This document shows, piece after piece, positions 10,107 to 19,745 of a stretch of 64,000 nucleotides of DNA. The first letter of the stretch is position 1; each line of letters starts with the position of its first letter. The translations under genes were made by a program, and so were the position numbers. The stretch is from Candidatus Aenigmatarchaeota archaeon (GTDB lineage Archaea > Aenigmatarchaeota > Aenigmatarchaeia > CG10238-14 > SCSR01). The stretch covers positions 41,620 through 105,619 of the forward strand of contig JAWBWS010000001.1 of the NCBI GenBank assembly GCA_038999725.1. Direction: 5' to 3'. Below the pieces are notes generated by a model. The model was not told the origin of the DNA and made no database searches. It was given only the letters and a program-made list of their open reading frames with translations.

Positions 10107-11042
10107 ATGCGATTTGGCTTGGTCATGGTGTTTGTAATTTTGTTGTTTTCGATTCCTCAGGCCCTGGCTGTAGAATTTACTGTTGGTGTTTCTCCTAATA
10201 TTTTAGATTTGGGTGAAATAGAGGCCGGTTCTACAAAGTTGGTAAAATTTTTCCTAGTTACTCCTTCGTCCGAGCCTTTATTGGTTTATCTTGAACCTGA
10301 GAATGGTAATCTAGACTTCTTTTCCAGGGATCAATATAACCAGCTTCTCTTTAATTATTCGGAAGAGGAAGTAACAAGTTGGGTAGAATTTTTATCAAAC
10401 CCTATAGAGCTTAAACCAGCTAACGAGACTTTAAAAACTAGAGGAGGGGAAATAAGGGGATGGAGAGAAATTAGTTTTCTGTTGAATGTGCCAAGAGAAG
10501 CAGAGCCTGGATACCATTTGCTTAAGATAAAACCTTCCCCCTATGTTCCGTCTGAAACACTCGGCCAAGCTGGGGCAAGAGTTGTAGCTATAACTTCTGT
10601 TACCATTTTGTTCAATTTGCCAGGAGAGATTAGAAGGGAGGGTGTAATCCTTGATGTAACCCCAGGAAAACATCTTGGCGACAGGCTTGAAATAAACACA
10701 TATTTCAAAAATAGCGGTACAGTCACAATTTCCGCAAAAGCCTTTCAAGGCGTTTTTAAAGATGGTGAGTTAATAGAAAATCTAACCTCACCGATTCAAT
10801 TTGTTAAACCTGGTGAAGTTGCAATTTTAAAAACATTTCTACCTTCAAGCAAAATCTCATCTGGAGAGTTCTTGATTGCCACGACAGTGAGTTATACTAC
10901 AGGCTCAGCATCAAAAAATTCAACTTTAGTGATAAAAGCTGCTCCGCCTATAATAGAAAAGCCTGTAGAATTTCCTTTATGGATAGTGATAATTATTTTA
11001 ATAGTGTTGATAGCAGTCTTGATATACAAGTGGTATAAATGA
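10107..11042 (+). CDS. Membrane-anchored surface protein with two beta-sandwich domains (DUF916/DUF3324-like or chaperone-like)
   Basis: Signal peptide; VGVSPNILDLGEIEAG; FKNSGTV; VKPGE; C-terminal TM followed by basic residues. Confidence 0.55.
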   Translation: MRFGLVMVFVILLFSIPQALAVEFTVGVSPNILDLGEIEAGSTKLVKFFLVTPSSEPLLVYLEPENGNLDFFSRDQYNQLLFNYSEEEVTSWVEFLSNPIELKPANETLKTRGGEIRGWREISFLLNVPREAEPGYHLLKIKPSPYVPSETLGQAGARVVAITSVTILFNLPGEIRREGVILDVTPGKHLGDRLEINTYFKNSGTVTISAKAFQGVFKDGELIENLTSPIQFVKPGEVAILKTFLPSSKISSGEFLIATTVSYTTGSASKNSTLVIKAAPPIIEKPVEFPLWIVIIILIVLIAVLIYKWYK

Positions 11043-11554
11043 GGAAGAAGATTTGGTTACCGTTATTTATTTCAATTTTTTTAATTTTATTCACCTTGTT
11101 AACCAATCTTCCCTATCAGCCAAAAGGTTTAGTTGAAAACAGAACTTTTGAGAAATATTATGATCTCTTCTTCACATACGAAATAACAAGATATCCAACT
11201 TCAGCACAAGTTCTTCCTGCTCAACCAAATCATGAAAAGCTAACTTTAGGTGTTGTGGTTGATCCTTGGAACTTAAATTTTGGGATTGTTCCTGCTGGCA
11301 AAAATTTTGTTACTAGATTTGTTGATTTAACAAATCTGAAAGAAAAAGATGCTAAAATCATGGTTAGAGTTTATGGCAATATTTCACCTTTCGTCAATTT
11401 CACAAAAAACAATTTTATCCTCAAGCCAAATGAAAATGCCATGATAGAGGTTAAATTTTATGCTGAGAAAGCAGAAATTGGTAATTATTCTGGTGAAATA
11501 GATGTTGTTGTGCAGAGGCCAAGATATGATTTCTTGTATTACTTCTGGAAGTAG
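11039..11554 (+). CDS. Membrane-anchored Ig-like surface protein
   Basis: N-terminal TM; VVVDPWNLNFGIVPAG; GNYSGEI; ATGA overlap with the upstream gene. Confidence 0.55.
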   Translation: MRKKIWLPLFISIFLILFTLLTNLPYQPKGLVENRTFEKYYDLFFTYEITRYPTSAQVLPAQPNHEKLTLGVVVDPWNLNFGIVPAGKNFVTRFVDLTNLKEKDAKIMVRVYGNISPFVNFTKNNFILKPNENAMIEVKFYAEKAEIGNYSGEIDVVVQRPRYDFLYYFWK

Positions 11555-12299
11555 GGGAATTGTAATCTTTCTGCTTTTTTCCCTCTTATTTTTCTTTTCT
11601 CTATCGAGGGCAGCTATAATTGAAGTTGACGTCTCCAGAAATCTTGAAGGAAAAATAAGCTCTTTTTCCTGTGATTCATCTAAGGATTTGATTGCATTCT
11701 ATCTTGAATTTTACAACACTGGCAGCATAGCTTATAGAGCAAGGGTGAGAGTTGATATCATTAACAATTCTAAAATCGCTTTCACTGCATGGAGTGGAGA
11801 AAAAATTTTGATGCCAGGAGATAGAAAAAATTTTGAAGTTTATTTGTATGACAATTCCACAGGCAATATTACAGTGAGAGCAAGGATATACTTTGGAAAT
11901 GAAATTGAGGAAAGAATTTTATCTGTAAAAAAAGAAAGCTATTTTTTGTCGCAAGATATTTTTGAAATAAAAAATTTCAGAACTTATGATAATTTTGTTG
12001 TTTTCGATATCAAAGCTAGAAGAAATGTAAAGGATGTTGTGGTTATACCTCATGGCTTCCCTCAAAGCTGGATATTTGAACAGAAGAAAATTAAGTTCTT
12101 GAAGGAAAATGAAGAAAAAACCGTGGCTCTTAACTATAATCCAGCTGTTTGGAGCGAGGAGAAATTAACTTTAATCGTAGCTTCGGATGGGGGAAAGTAT
12201 AAAACTGAAAAAACTTTTGAAATGAGAAAAGAAGTTGGAATTATCTGGCTCATTCACTACCTCATTGATAAACTCAAGCTATTTTTCAACTCGGCTTGA
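11502..12299 (+). CDS. Secreted Ig-like surface protein (start possibly 11526)
   Basis: Hydrophobic signal; FYNTGS and LMPGD motifs; hydrophobic C-terminus. Confidence 0.55.
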   Translation: MLLCRGQDMISCITSGSRGIVIFLLFSLLFFFSLSRAAIIEVDVSRNLEGKISSFSCDSSKDLIAFYLEFYNTGSIAYRARVRVDIINNSKIAFTAWSGEKILMPGDRKNFEVYLYDNSTGNITVRARIYFGNEIEERILSVKKESYFLSQDIFEIKNFRTYDNFVVFDIKARRNVKDVVVIPHGFPQSWIFEQKKIKFLKENEEKTVALNYNPAVWSEEKLTLIVASDGGKYKTEKTFEMRKEVGIIWLIHYLIDKLKLFFNSA

Positions 12300-12321
12300 T
12301 TAAAGTTCTTAAGATTTTTTC

Positions 12322-12391
12322 ATATTGTAACAATATAGTAACCATAATAAAGTAATATTTAAATATCAATAAAACAATATTGTAACTATAT
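12322..12391. promoter_or_regulatory. Palindromic operator pair flanking a TATA box upstream of an HTH gene
   Basis: Perfect palindrome ATATTGT-A-ACAATAT at 12322-12336; one-mismatch copy at 12377-12391; TTTAAATA at 12358-12365 between them. Confidence 0.6.
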
Positions 12392-12605
12392 GGAAAAAGG
12401 GCTTGTAGACAAAAGTATAGAAGAAAAAATCATCCAAATTCTGAGCAAAAGGATTGTGTCAACTTCTGAGCTTGCGAAAGAGCTTGGGATTAAGAGATAT
12501 GTTCTTGTTGGTTACTTGGAAGCTATGAAGAATCAGGGTAAGCTTGAATTCCACAAGGTTGGTAAGGCTAATGTTTATACTGTTGCCAAAGGTGAGAAAA
12601 AATGA
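12390..12605 (+). CDS. Small winged-helix regulator heading an operon
   Basis: IIQILSKRIVSTSELAKELGIKRYVLVGYLEAMKNQGKL plus wing. Confidence 0.8.
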   Translation: MEKGLVDKSIEEKIIQILSKRIVSTSELAKELGIKRYVLVGYLEAMKNQGKLEFHKVGKANVYTVAKGEKK

Positions 12606-14953
12606 AGAAATTAACTTTAGTCACATTTTTGCTCGGGATTTTGGTTTTTTCCAGTTCGGCTTTAGCTTCTCCTACAATTAATGAAATAAAGTTCAGACCA
12701 TCATCGGAAATTTGGATAGAGGAAGCACTTGGAATTGAAGTGAATTGCACAAATGGTTTGAAAGTTAATGCAACCCTAATTGGAGAAAGTGGTAGCACAA
12801 TTTACATAGAAAATTTCACATACAATCCAACAAATAGTTTATTTACCACGAAAATAGATCCGACTTATTGGGGAGGCCAGCCCAATGTTTTCAGGACAAT
12901 TATCAGTTGCTTGGACGAATTTAACAACATCGCCCAAAATGAAACCAGATTTAGTGTTTCAAGCTTGAATGTAAAGATTAGTGGGATTCATCCAAGTACA
13001 ATATATCTTGGTGATGTAGTAGAAGTTGATATTTTAGTTGAAAGGAACGATGAACCAATTAACTCTACTGATGTTAAGTTTAAAATAATTGTTGATAACA
13101 ATGAAATTGAACAACCAGAAGTAAGGTTATATGACCCGTCTGTTGGTTGGAAAATCTTCTTCAATTCTTCAAAAATTCAAAACCCAATTGGAACGCACAA
13201 TTTACAAATAACTGTGTTTTATGGTAGAGTTAATCTCACAAAAACCGCAAGCTTTACAATTAATGAAACAATACAGTTTTCAATTGTAAATGTGGACAAA
13301 ACTTGGGTGAAGCCAAATGAAACAATTAATCTAAAAATTCAAGCTTTTGAAAAGGGAAATATAATACAATTAACCTCAGAAAATCTTGTAATTAAAATTG
13401 GTAATACTCAAGCAACAATTGTTGCTATATCTCCTCTTGCTAATTTCTTCAGTGTCACTATCCTTGCACCAAGCTTATCTCCTGATAGGTATTCTTTAAC
13501 TGCCTTTCTTTCACATAAGAATTATACTTACACCAGTAGTTCAACTATTTACTACATTGTTCAAATAACTGGAAAATTTGTGGATGAAAATGATAAAGGA
13601 ATTCCAACAAGAATTAGCTTTTTCTCTGATGGAGTAGAAAAACTTAGGATTTATACAGATGCATCAGGATCGTATTCAGGAAACTTATCGCCAGGAACTT
13701 ATGATATCGAGTTTGTTTTTCCACATTCCACTTTGCGCTTATATGAAGCCGAAATAAGCAACTTTGAAGACCCTGTGAAATATTATTATTTTGACTCAAT
13801 TGAGTTAGAAGGCTTAAACGTTGCTAGTTTGTTTGTTTATGAAACCGATTTGAACTATTACAAAGCTTCGATTGAAATGAAATATGATGAAAGAAATGTG
13901 TTGGATGAAAATTTGTTAAAAGTTTATAAATGTGAAAATTGGAACTCTGGCAGAAAGGAATGCTACGGTAAATGGAATGAAATTCCTGCAAGCGTTGACA
14001 AGATGAGAAACACAGTCTATGTGAACACAACAAGCTTGTCTGCCTATGCTATTGGAACTTTGGGAAAACTTTCAATTGATTTCAATTTGAATAAACAAAT
14101 CTTTTATCTTAAAGATTTGGTTAAGGTTAGGGGGATGGTTGTAGATGAGTATAGAAATCCTGTGAAAAATGCTAGCGTAAACATTCAAGTAAAAAACACT
14201 TCTATCAAACAAAAGGTTTTTTCAGATAGCAATGGTTTATTCACAATAGAATTCTTATCACCAGACCAAGAAGGAAATTATTCATTAATTTTAGTTGCAG
14301 AAAAGCATCCTTACATAAGTTTCAATTCCACCTTAACTTTGGGTGTGGTGAAAAGAAAAGAAATCTCAATCGTTTTTCCAGATACTATAAGAGTAAATCA
14401 AGGGGAGAATTTCACTCAAGAGTTTAGTGTGATAAACATAGGTCAAGCTGAACTTTACAATTTAAGTATTTCTTTGGAAGAAATACCAAGCAATTACTAC
14501 AAATTGCAAGAAAAAATAGAAAAGCTTGAAGTTGGTGAAGAGAAAAAGTTGCAAATAGAATTTTTCATTCCAGTTAATGCTTCTGCTGGGACTTCAAGCG
14601 GGAAGATAAAGGTTTTCAATGAAGAGGTTTCTAAAGAAAAATTGTTTGGCTTCACAATAATTGAGAGAAATGAGACTCGGGAAGCAAAAACGATGCCAGT
14701 TGGTTTCTTTGGAAGAATAAGTTTACCACAAATATCCCAAAACTACGCTTATCTTCTGCTTTTTGCTGCAATTTCTTTTTCTTTAGCCTTCTCGCTCAAA
14801 AAAAGGAAAATCAAATCTCAAAGCAGGGAAGAAATCAAAAATTCTCTTCTTGATATCAAAGAATTTTTGGAGGAGAGGAAAAATAGAGCTCAGTCGATGG
14901 AAACCCAACCTTCAGAAGAAATTTTGGAAGCAAATGAAAAAGGGGTTGGTTAA
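12602..14953 (+). CDS. Large membrane-anchored surface protein (Ig-like, carboxypeptidase-regulatory-like and PGF-pre-PGF-like domains)
   Basis: Signal peptide; TDASGSYS and SDSNGLFT repeats; W...VNTTSLSAYAIG; C-terminal TM. Confidence 0.65.
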   Translation: MKKLTLVTFLLGILVFSSSALASPTINEIKFRPSSEIWIEEALGIEVNCTNGLKVNATLIGESGSTIYIENFTYNPTNSLFTTKIDPTYWGGQPNVFRTIISCLDEFNNIAQNETRFSVSSLNVKISGIHPSTIYLGDVVEVDILVERNDEPINSTDVKFKIIVDNNEIEQPEVRLYDPSVGWKIFFNSSKIQNPIGTHNLQITVFYGRVNLTKTASFTINETIQFSIVNVDKTWVKPNETINLKIQAFEKGNIIQLTSENLVIKIGNTQATIVAISPLANFFSVTILAPSLSPDRYSLTAFLSHKNYTYTSSSTIYYIVQITGKFVDENDKGIPTRISFFSDGVEKLRIYTDASGSYSGNLSPGTYDIEFVFPHSTLRLYEAEISNFEDPVKYYYFDSIELEGLNVASLFVYETDLNYYKASIEMKYDERNVLDENLLKVYKCENWNSGRKECYGKWNEIPASVDKMRNTVYVNTTSLSAYAIGTLGKLSIDFNLNKQIFYLKDLVKVRGMVVDEYRNPVKNASVNIQVKNTSIKQKVFSDSNGLFTIEFLSPDQEGNYSLILVAEKHPYISFNSTLTLGVVKRKEISIVFPDTIRVNQGENFTQEFSVINIGQAELYNLSISLEEIPSNYYKLQEKIEKLEVGEEKKLQIEFFIPVNASAGTSSGKIKVFNEEVSKEKLFGFTIIERNETREAKTMPVGFFGRISLPQISQNYAYLLLFAAISFSLAFSLKKRKIKSQSREEIKNSLLDIKEFLEERKNRAQSMETQPSEEILEANEKGVG

Positions 14954-15733
14954 ATGGTGAGAATAATTGATGTTTGCTCTGGAAAGGGTGGTGTGGGTAA
15001 AACAACAATAGTAGCTAATTTAGGTTTAGCTTTAGTTGAGCTTGGAAAAAAAGTTGCTATTGTTGATTGTAACTTAACAACTCCACATTTAAGCTTGTTT
15101 TTTGGAACTTATTCCTATCCCCTGACCCTAAACGATTTTTTGAGGGGAGAAGCAAAATTTGAAGATATAGTTTATACTCATCTTTTTGGTTTAAAAATAG
15201 TACCAGCCTCCCTTGAGTTAAAAGATTTGATTGATATTGATGTTGGCAATTTAAGAGAAAAGTTAAGAGAAAACTTCAAAGATTTTGATATTGTTTTACT
15301 CGATTCTGCCCCAGGTCTGGGAAGAGAGGCCTTAATAGCATTGCAAGCAGCTGATGAAGTTTTATTTGTAGCAAATCCATTAATTACTTCTTTAATTGAT
15401 GTAGTTAAATGCAATCAATTAATTAATTCTTTGCACCCTAAACCAGTAGCTATAGGAGTTGTTTTAAACAGGGTGAAGAAAAAGACTTATGAGATATTGG
15501 TTGATGAAGCTAGACAGTTTACAGAATTGCCTGTTATCGGGACGATTCCTGAAGATGAAAAAGTTCTAGAAAGCACTAACAAAAGAACTCCTGTTTTGAT
15601 TTCACACAAAAATTCTCCTGCAAGTAAATCAATTTTTGAAATTGCCGCAAAGCTGGCTGGGATAGAACACAAGAAGCCCAAGCTTCTAGAAAGGTTTTTT
15701 GAAATTTTCAAAAGGTGGAAAAATGAGAGTTGA
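14954..15733 (+). CDS. minD: MinD-family ATPase
   Basis: Deviant Walker A SGKGGVGKTT; LLDSAPGLG; amphipathic C-terminal helix LLERFFEIFKRW. Confidence 0.9.
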   Translation: MVRIIDVCSGKGGVGKTTIVANLGLALVELGKKVAIVDCNLTTPHLSLFFGTYSYPLTLNDFLRGEAKFEDIVYTHLFGLKIVPASLELKDLIDIDVGNLREKLRENFKDFDIVLLDSAPGLGREALIALQAADEVLFVANPLITSLIDVVKCNQLINSLHPKPVAIGVVLNRVKKKTYEILVDEARQFTELPVIGTIPEDEKVLESTNKRTPVLISHKNSPASKSIFEIAAKLAGIEHKKPKLLERFFEIFKRWKNES

Positions 15734-17621
15734 AGTAAAATTTTTTTTGTTGGCTTTAATTTTCTTCTTTCTTGTCTTTAAATCGGTATCTTTTTCAGAA
15801 GGAATAGACCCAACATCACAATTCAATCAAACTTCTTCTACAAACATCACAGGAAATGCTTCTACTATAGACCAAGCAACAATAGACTCTTACTTGAATT
15901 TCAATGGGGATGGTTTAACTTGGGATGTTACAGAAGCACAAGTTGGAACCAATTATACTTACCCTGTCGCAAATCAAAATTTCACTTCTGGGGCTTATGG
16001 TTGGACTTATGGTGAAGAAAACGATGTTAACAATATGGCAACTGGTGCATGGGATCCAGATTCAGGGAGGATAGACCCAGGGAGTTATAACTTTAGTATT
16101 GTAGATACTTCAGCTACACTTATTGCACAGGTAAATCAATATATAAACTACTCTTTTACAGTTGATAATACAGCTGACCTAGTTTCAGCAACAGCTTATG
16201 CAAGCTTTCGTCTAACTTGCACGGATGACCAACTAGTTTATGCAAAACTCAATTTAATTTTGCCGAATGGTGAAGTTTCAAACCTTTGGACTTCTCAAAC
16301 CTGGCAAACTACCAATCCTTTAGACACAGGTTGGTTAAATGTAAGTGTTAATGTGCTTTCAAACTTTACTTCAAAAGGAATAGGTACTTATCAATTGAGT
16401 TTAATGATTCATACAGAAACAGATGATGCGGGTAAAAACGCTCAAAAAACTACATGCTATCATTACCTGGATGATGCAGGAGTTGAATTAAGTTATCCTG
16501 AATATCAAATTTCAATAGAACACAATGCAACAATAAGCTATTCCGGATCTTTAAACAGTATAAATGTTTCAGTAAACTTTACCTCCACGGTTGACGATGT
16601 ATATCAGTTATACATCTATAATTTTACGGATTCGACCTGGGATTCAAATCCATGTGAATCCCAGGTTGCTATTGCAAATACTTACTATACAAAATGGTGC
16701 AATGTCACAATAAACCCGCAAAACTACATTTCTGAAAATAAGGTGGTAAGGGTAAGACTCAATTCTACTGTTGATAGTGATAAAGGAACTTTAAAGGAAG
16801 AATATGTCCAATTTTATGTTGGTTATTCGGTAGGTTATTTGGAAGTTAGGCTAGTTCTGCCCAGTACAGAAACCATAAATAATGTGATTCAAAACTCTTC
16901 TTTTCTCGTTAACGCGACTGTTTTTTGTAGAAATGCTCCTTGTGGTAATATTTATGGTACTTTGTTGTATAACCTATCTTCTTCCTATCCAGACACGCCA
17001 ATAAATACAAGCTATGGAGATAAACCTTTTTTCGTCAATGAATCTCCAGCTTATGCAATAAAGCCTTGTCCAAACAATCCCTTGAATGCAAACGACTTTT
17101 GTAATTTAACTTGGGTTGTAAACGCTTCTGGTGAAATAAGTACTGATTGGAAAATTGGAGTCTATTTCAATTCTTCTTACACAGAAGTTCAACCAAATTC
17201 TACAAGCAATGCAACCCTCTCAATAGTTTCTTGTACAGTTGATTTCAGCTTAAGTTGGTCTTCCATAGATTTTGGTGAACTTTTGCCCAATACTCACAAC
17301 AATTCAGCTCCTGGGAATGCAAATAATGTTTACAACATAACAGTAAATCCAGGCAGCTGCAACTTAGACCTTTACATAAGAGGCACAGATTTGATTAACT
17401 CAACTTTTGGCTCAGTGATAAAAGTTGGGAACATAAGTTGGAGTAACATAAGCAGTAATTTACAAGACGGTTATTTCCAGTTAACAGAAACAAATTCTGT
17501 GATCAAACTTAATGTCCCAGAAAAAACCAACATTACAACTTGGTATTGGCTGAGTGTTCCTCCTGTGTATGCAGGCTTCTATACAGGAACAATCTACATC
17601 ATGGGGGTAAAACATGAATAA
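15723..17621 (+). CDS. Secreted adhesin-like protein with C-terminal pilin-like domain
   Basis: Signal peptide from ATG 15723; C-terminal domain FSLSWSSIDFGELLPN...YWLSVPPVYAGFYTGTI; no TM anchor. Confidence 0.6.
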   Translation: MRVEVKFFLLALIFFFLVFKSVSFSEGIDPTSQFNQTSSTNITGNASTIDQATIDSYLNFNGDGLTWDVTEAQVGTNYTYPVANQNFTSGAYGWTYGEENDVNNMATGAWDPDSGRIDPGSYNFSIVDTSATLIAQVNQYINYSFTVDNTADLVSATAYASFRLTCTDDQLVYAKLNLILPNGEVSNLWTSQTWQTTNPLDTGWLNVSVNVLSNFTSKGIGTYQLSLMIHTETDDAGKNAQKTTCYHYLDDAGVELSYPEYQISIEHNATISYSGSLNSINVSVNFTSTVDDVYQLYIYNFTDSTWDSNPCESQVAIANTYYTKWCNVTINPQNYISENKVVRVRLNSTVDSDKGTLKEEYVQFYVGYSVGYLEVRLVLPSTETINNVIQNSSFLVNATVFCRNAPCGNIYGTLLYNLSSSYPDTPINTSYGDKPFFVNESPAYAIKPCPNNPLNANDFCNLTWVVNASGEISTDWKIGVYFNSSYTEVQPNSTSNATLSIVSCTVDFSLSWSSIDFGELLPNTHNNSAPGNANNVYNITVNPGSCNLDLYIRGTDLINSTFGSVIKVGNISWSNISSNLQDGYFQLTETNSVIKLNVPEKTNITTWYWLSVPPVYAGFYTGTIYIMGVKHE

Positions 17622-18210
17622 ATTAAAATTAACTACACTCTTGCTTTTCCTCTTGATTTTACCACAGGCAAAAGCAATTAGCTTAGGAACAGTTTTGAAG
17701 AAAGATTATGCAACCATCAAAGCTAATGAGTCAACAAAATTTGAAATTTTATTTTGGAATGTAGAAGAAGAAACTTATGAAATTCAAGTTGAAGTTGATA
17801 AAGCCCTAAAGGATTGGTTCATCAAAATAGAACCTCAAAAATTCTTGCTCAATTCTTCAGCTGGGAAAGAATACATAAACTTGCCCAATTTTGAAAAACC
17901 TGTCAAGGCTTCTGTTGTTAACATTTTTGTGAAACCAGAAAATACAGAACCTGGGGAATATAAGATTTTGGTAAGAGCAAAAGCCGGTCTTCCCTCTCAA
18001 GGTATAGCCTTTTTTCAAGAAAGGGAATTTGAATTGAAAGTGAAGATAGAAGGTAAAACCCAAGAAGTTGAAAATAAAACTTTAGCTATGTCGGAAGAAA
18101 ATTTCTACTTTAAAGGAAAGTCTGTTGGAGAAATTTCTCCTACACTCTCTTACATTTTGGCCATCATCTGCATTTTAGTGATTTCTGCCCTAATATATAA
18201 ATATGCGTAA
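17614..18210 (+). CDS. Membrane-anchored Ig-like surface protein
   Basis: Signal peptide, PGEYKILVRA, C-terminal TM. Confidence 0.6.
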   Translation: MNKLKLTTLLLFLLILPQAKAISLGTVLKKDYATIKANESTKFEILFWNVEEETYEIQVEVDKALKDWFIKIEPQKFLLNSSAGKEYINLPNFEKPVKASVVNIFVKPENTEPGEYKILVRAKAGLPSQGIAFFQEREFELKVKIEGKTQEVENKTLAMSEENFYFKGKSVGEISPTLSYILAIICILVISALIYKYA

Positions 18211-19447
18211 GAATCTTTTAGCTGTAGTTTTAATTCTTCTCTTCATTTCAATCTTTCTTGCAAGGAATTTTCTTACAACTATTGGTCTGGGACTTTTGAG
18301 CATGATAAATGTCTCTATCCAAGAAAAAATAGGAGGAAAACTCCTCTTATCATACAAACAATTTATTGAAATTGGTAATCAGCAAGAAATCTACACAGAA
18401 TTCATAAACATTGGTACTTCTCCTCTAACAGAAAGAATTGAAGTTAAAGTTTACGGTTATGTGAATGGAACTCTTAAACCTTTAGCTTATTATTACGATA
18501 TTTCGGTTCCTCTTCCTTCTGGAGGTAGAAAAGGGTTTCTAAGTATTTTCATGCCACCAGACACAGGTTTATATTACATACAAGCAAAAGCAAGCTATGA
18601 TACAAAAGTCTTGGAAACTTGGGGGGCTTTTTTGGTCCATCTTCCACCCCCTCCCGTAATTTATGTACCAACACCTGTTTCTCTACCCACTCCTCCTACC
18701 CCCATTGTTGGTGTACCAGATTTGAGCTTAGAATACCCGAAGCTTATTGAGTTTTACCCCGGGGAGAAAAAGTTAATAAATATAACAATAAAAAGCGTGG
18801 GAACTGCTTCACTACACAATCTTAGGCTCTACACTTCCACATCTTCTTTGATAAATGTCTCTGTTTTTCCGAAACAAATTCTTGTATTGAGTCCAAATGA
18901 AACTTCAATTTTCATAGTTTCAATTGAGGTACCATCGACAACAGAAGATGGGATTTATCCACTTGAATTTGAAACAATGAACGATGAGGGGATAAAAAAG
19001 AAGGGAGAAATTTCTATCAAAGTTATATCTCTTCCACCTTCAGAAGAAGGAGAAATTTCTGAAAAAATTTTGAATTATGAATTCTTGATATCAGAAATTC
19101 AGAGAGAAATAAATTACGCCTCCTTTCAAGGCTATGATGTTGAGCTTGCAAACAAAAGTTTGAGTATGGCAAGAATTAGCCTTGAAAATGCAAAAGGTTA
19201 TCTTAAATTGAAAAGGATTCAAGATGCTAAATTGGAATTGAAAAAAGTTGAAAAATATATTGAAGATTCTGCACTCCAACTCGCAAGCTCCCTACTTTAC
19301 ATTTACAAACCACCAGCAATACTTTGGTGGTTAATTATCTCCATAATCATCTTGATAGCTTCGATAATTTTAGTTTACTTGTACTTTAAAAAGAGGAGGA
19401 GAAAAAGACCCAGGTTGTTAGAAGGGGTAGAGGAAATAGAAAAATAA
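18203..19447 (+). CDS. Membrane-anchored surface protein (CARDB/NEW3-like domains, Pro-rich linker, coiled coil)
   Basis: Signal/TM; FINIGT; Pro-rich stretch LPPPPVIYVPTPVSLPTPPTP; C-terminal TM followed by KKRRRKRPR. Confidence 0.6.
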   Translation: MRKNLLAVVLILLFISIFLARNFLTTIGLGLLSMINVSIQEKIGGKLLLSYKQFIEIGNQQEIYTEFINIGTSPLTERIEVKVYGYVNGTLKPLAYYYDISVPLPSGGRKGFLSIFMPPDTGLYYIQAKASYDTKVLETWGAFLVHLPPPPVIYVPTPVSLPTPPTPIVGVPDLSLEYPKLIEFYPGEKKLINITIKSVGTASLHNLRLYTSTSSLINVSVFPKQILVLSPNETSIFIVSIEVPSTTEDGIYPLEFETMNDEGIKKKGEISIKVISLPPSEEGEISEKILNYEFLISEIQREINYASFQGYDVELANKSLSMARISLENAKGYLKLKRIQDAKLELKKVEKYIEDSALQLASSLLYIYKPPAILWWLIISIIILIASIILVYLYFKKRRRKRPRLLEGVEEIEK

Positions 19448-19468
19448 TTCAAATGATAAAAATATTTC

Positions 19469-19717
19469 ATGGGACTATTTGGGCCCTTCGTTTACAAGTC
19501 CAAGAAAAATGGCCAAAAATTTTGGCTTCATATGAAGGTTAAAGGGAATGCAAAAATCTATTATTTTTCAAAAGACCCTACTGGAGCTATTTTCGATTTG
19601 CCTCTAGGCTATGAAGTTGTGGAGAATCCAAAAACTGGAATGCCTTTCTTAAGAAAAAAGACTTCTGGATTTTTTTCTTTTTTCAAAATAAAAAAAAGAG
19701 AAGTTGAGAAAAAATAA
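19469..19717 (+). CDS. Small basic hypothetical protein upstream of minD
   Basis: 82-aa ORF; IYYFSK...LPLGYEVVENPKTGMPFLRKK pattern; amphipathic GFFSFFK tail. Confidence 0.6.
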   Translation: MGLFGPFVYKSKKNGQKFWLHMKVKGNAKIYYFSKDPTGAIFDLPLGYEVVENPKTGMPFLRKKTSGFFSFFKIKKREVEKK

Positions 19718-19745
19718 GTAAATAGCAACACAATTATTAAATAGC

